This document shows positions 63,181 to 64,000 of a stretch of 64,000 nt of DNA, one piece after another. The DNA lies in NCBI RefSeq assembly GCF_030684315.1, contig NC_081394.1:17094658-17158657 (forward strand), given 5' to 3'. The translations under genes and the position numbers were made by a program. Source of the DNA: Stegostoma tigrinum (lineage: Eukaryota). Under the pieces are notes generated by a model. It did no database searches, was not told where the DNA came from, and saw only the letters and a list, made by a program, of their open reading frames with translations. The first letter of the stretch is position 1. Each line of letters begins with the position of its first letter.

Positions 63181-64000
63181 TAAGGAAGGGACGGTGCTAC
63201 TGCGAGCAAGAGGGTGAGCGTTAATTGTGAGGAAGTGTCACTGGGCCCGAAACGTTAACTCTAATCACTCTCCAGTTAATGCCAGGCCCGCTGAGCTTTT
63301 ACAGCAGTTACAGTTTCAGCTTCTGATTTCCAGGACCCGCAGATCTTTCGATTTTTATTTAACAAAAGTGAAGAATTTGCTAATGTCTAATTTAGTGCAA
63401 GAAGAGAGGGCGACTTCAAAATAATGTCAAAAGGCGGTGTTCGCTGTCATCGCGCTCATTCCAAAGAAAGTTGTGTAATGTTTCATATCGGGGAGTTTTT
63501 GAAATGTGAACTTGAACGATTAGATGCATAGTGCGGTATTTGGCGCTTTCCCCTGCTTGTTCTGAAAGTTCTGAAATCGTCCTTCAAGATCAGGAATGGA
63601 CACATTCAATTAGATGAGGGAAGGAAGTAAAAAGAGATTGTGTGAAATGTACATTTGTAATCGAAAAGTAAATTAACTCGTAAGTATTGGTGAATTCTTC
63701 TTCTAAACGTCCTCTTTTTTGTGCATAATGTATGTGCAATGGCGGGCTTTTTAAATTATAGAGAAAGCGGTTGATGATTTCGCGCCGTTATTTTCCAACT
63801 TCCTCCCCGTGCCCTCTCCGGATTAGGGAATGTAGCAGATATCTGACTGGGAAATGAAGCAACATTAGGAGATGATGAACATTTCTGTCGAAAAGATTTT
63901 TTTCTCCCTCTCAGTGTGAAGAACCCGGGACTTGGTAATTGTCCGCCCCTGTGAAACTCGGTCACAGCCAGTTTCACATTTCCTTTAATCACATTGGGAA

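Overview
Repeat-rich vertebrate DNA. The histone tails and repeat families point to a cartilaginous fish, probably a shark (inference from remembered family sequences). The window is a histone H2B array with four loci on the + strand. Three are intact and encode an identical, divergent H2B with octamer/CCAAT promoters and 3' stem-loops (16675, 33203, 59978). One is truncated by deletion (4043). A frameshifted H2A pseudogene (36075) lies tandem to, not divergent from, H2B. The loci sit in nested segmental duplications: units A (~3.1-16.3 kb) and B (~16.3-32.8 kb), an older paralogous unit C, and a higher-order repeat in which 1-5900 recurs at 52317-64000. Each unit has a 49-bp GATA-containing minisatellite upstream of H2B, a degenerate TTAGGG array downstream, and repeated E2F/CHR-like promoter modules. 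The rest is CR1, L2 and Tx1 LINEs, HE1-type SINEs and Penelope-like elements (PLEs) with hammerhead-ribozyme motifs. The best candidate for something new is an H2B-only variant array, homogenised by gene conversion, whose H2A partner was lost in two different ways. No prokaryote-type system such as CRISPR is supported. Repeat boundaries are approximate (read by eye) and family names were not checked against a database.
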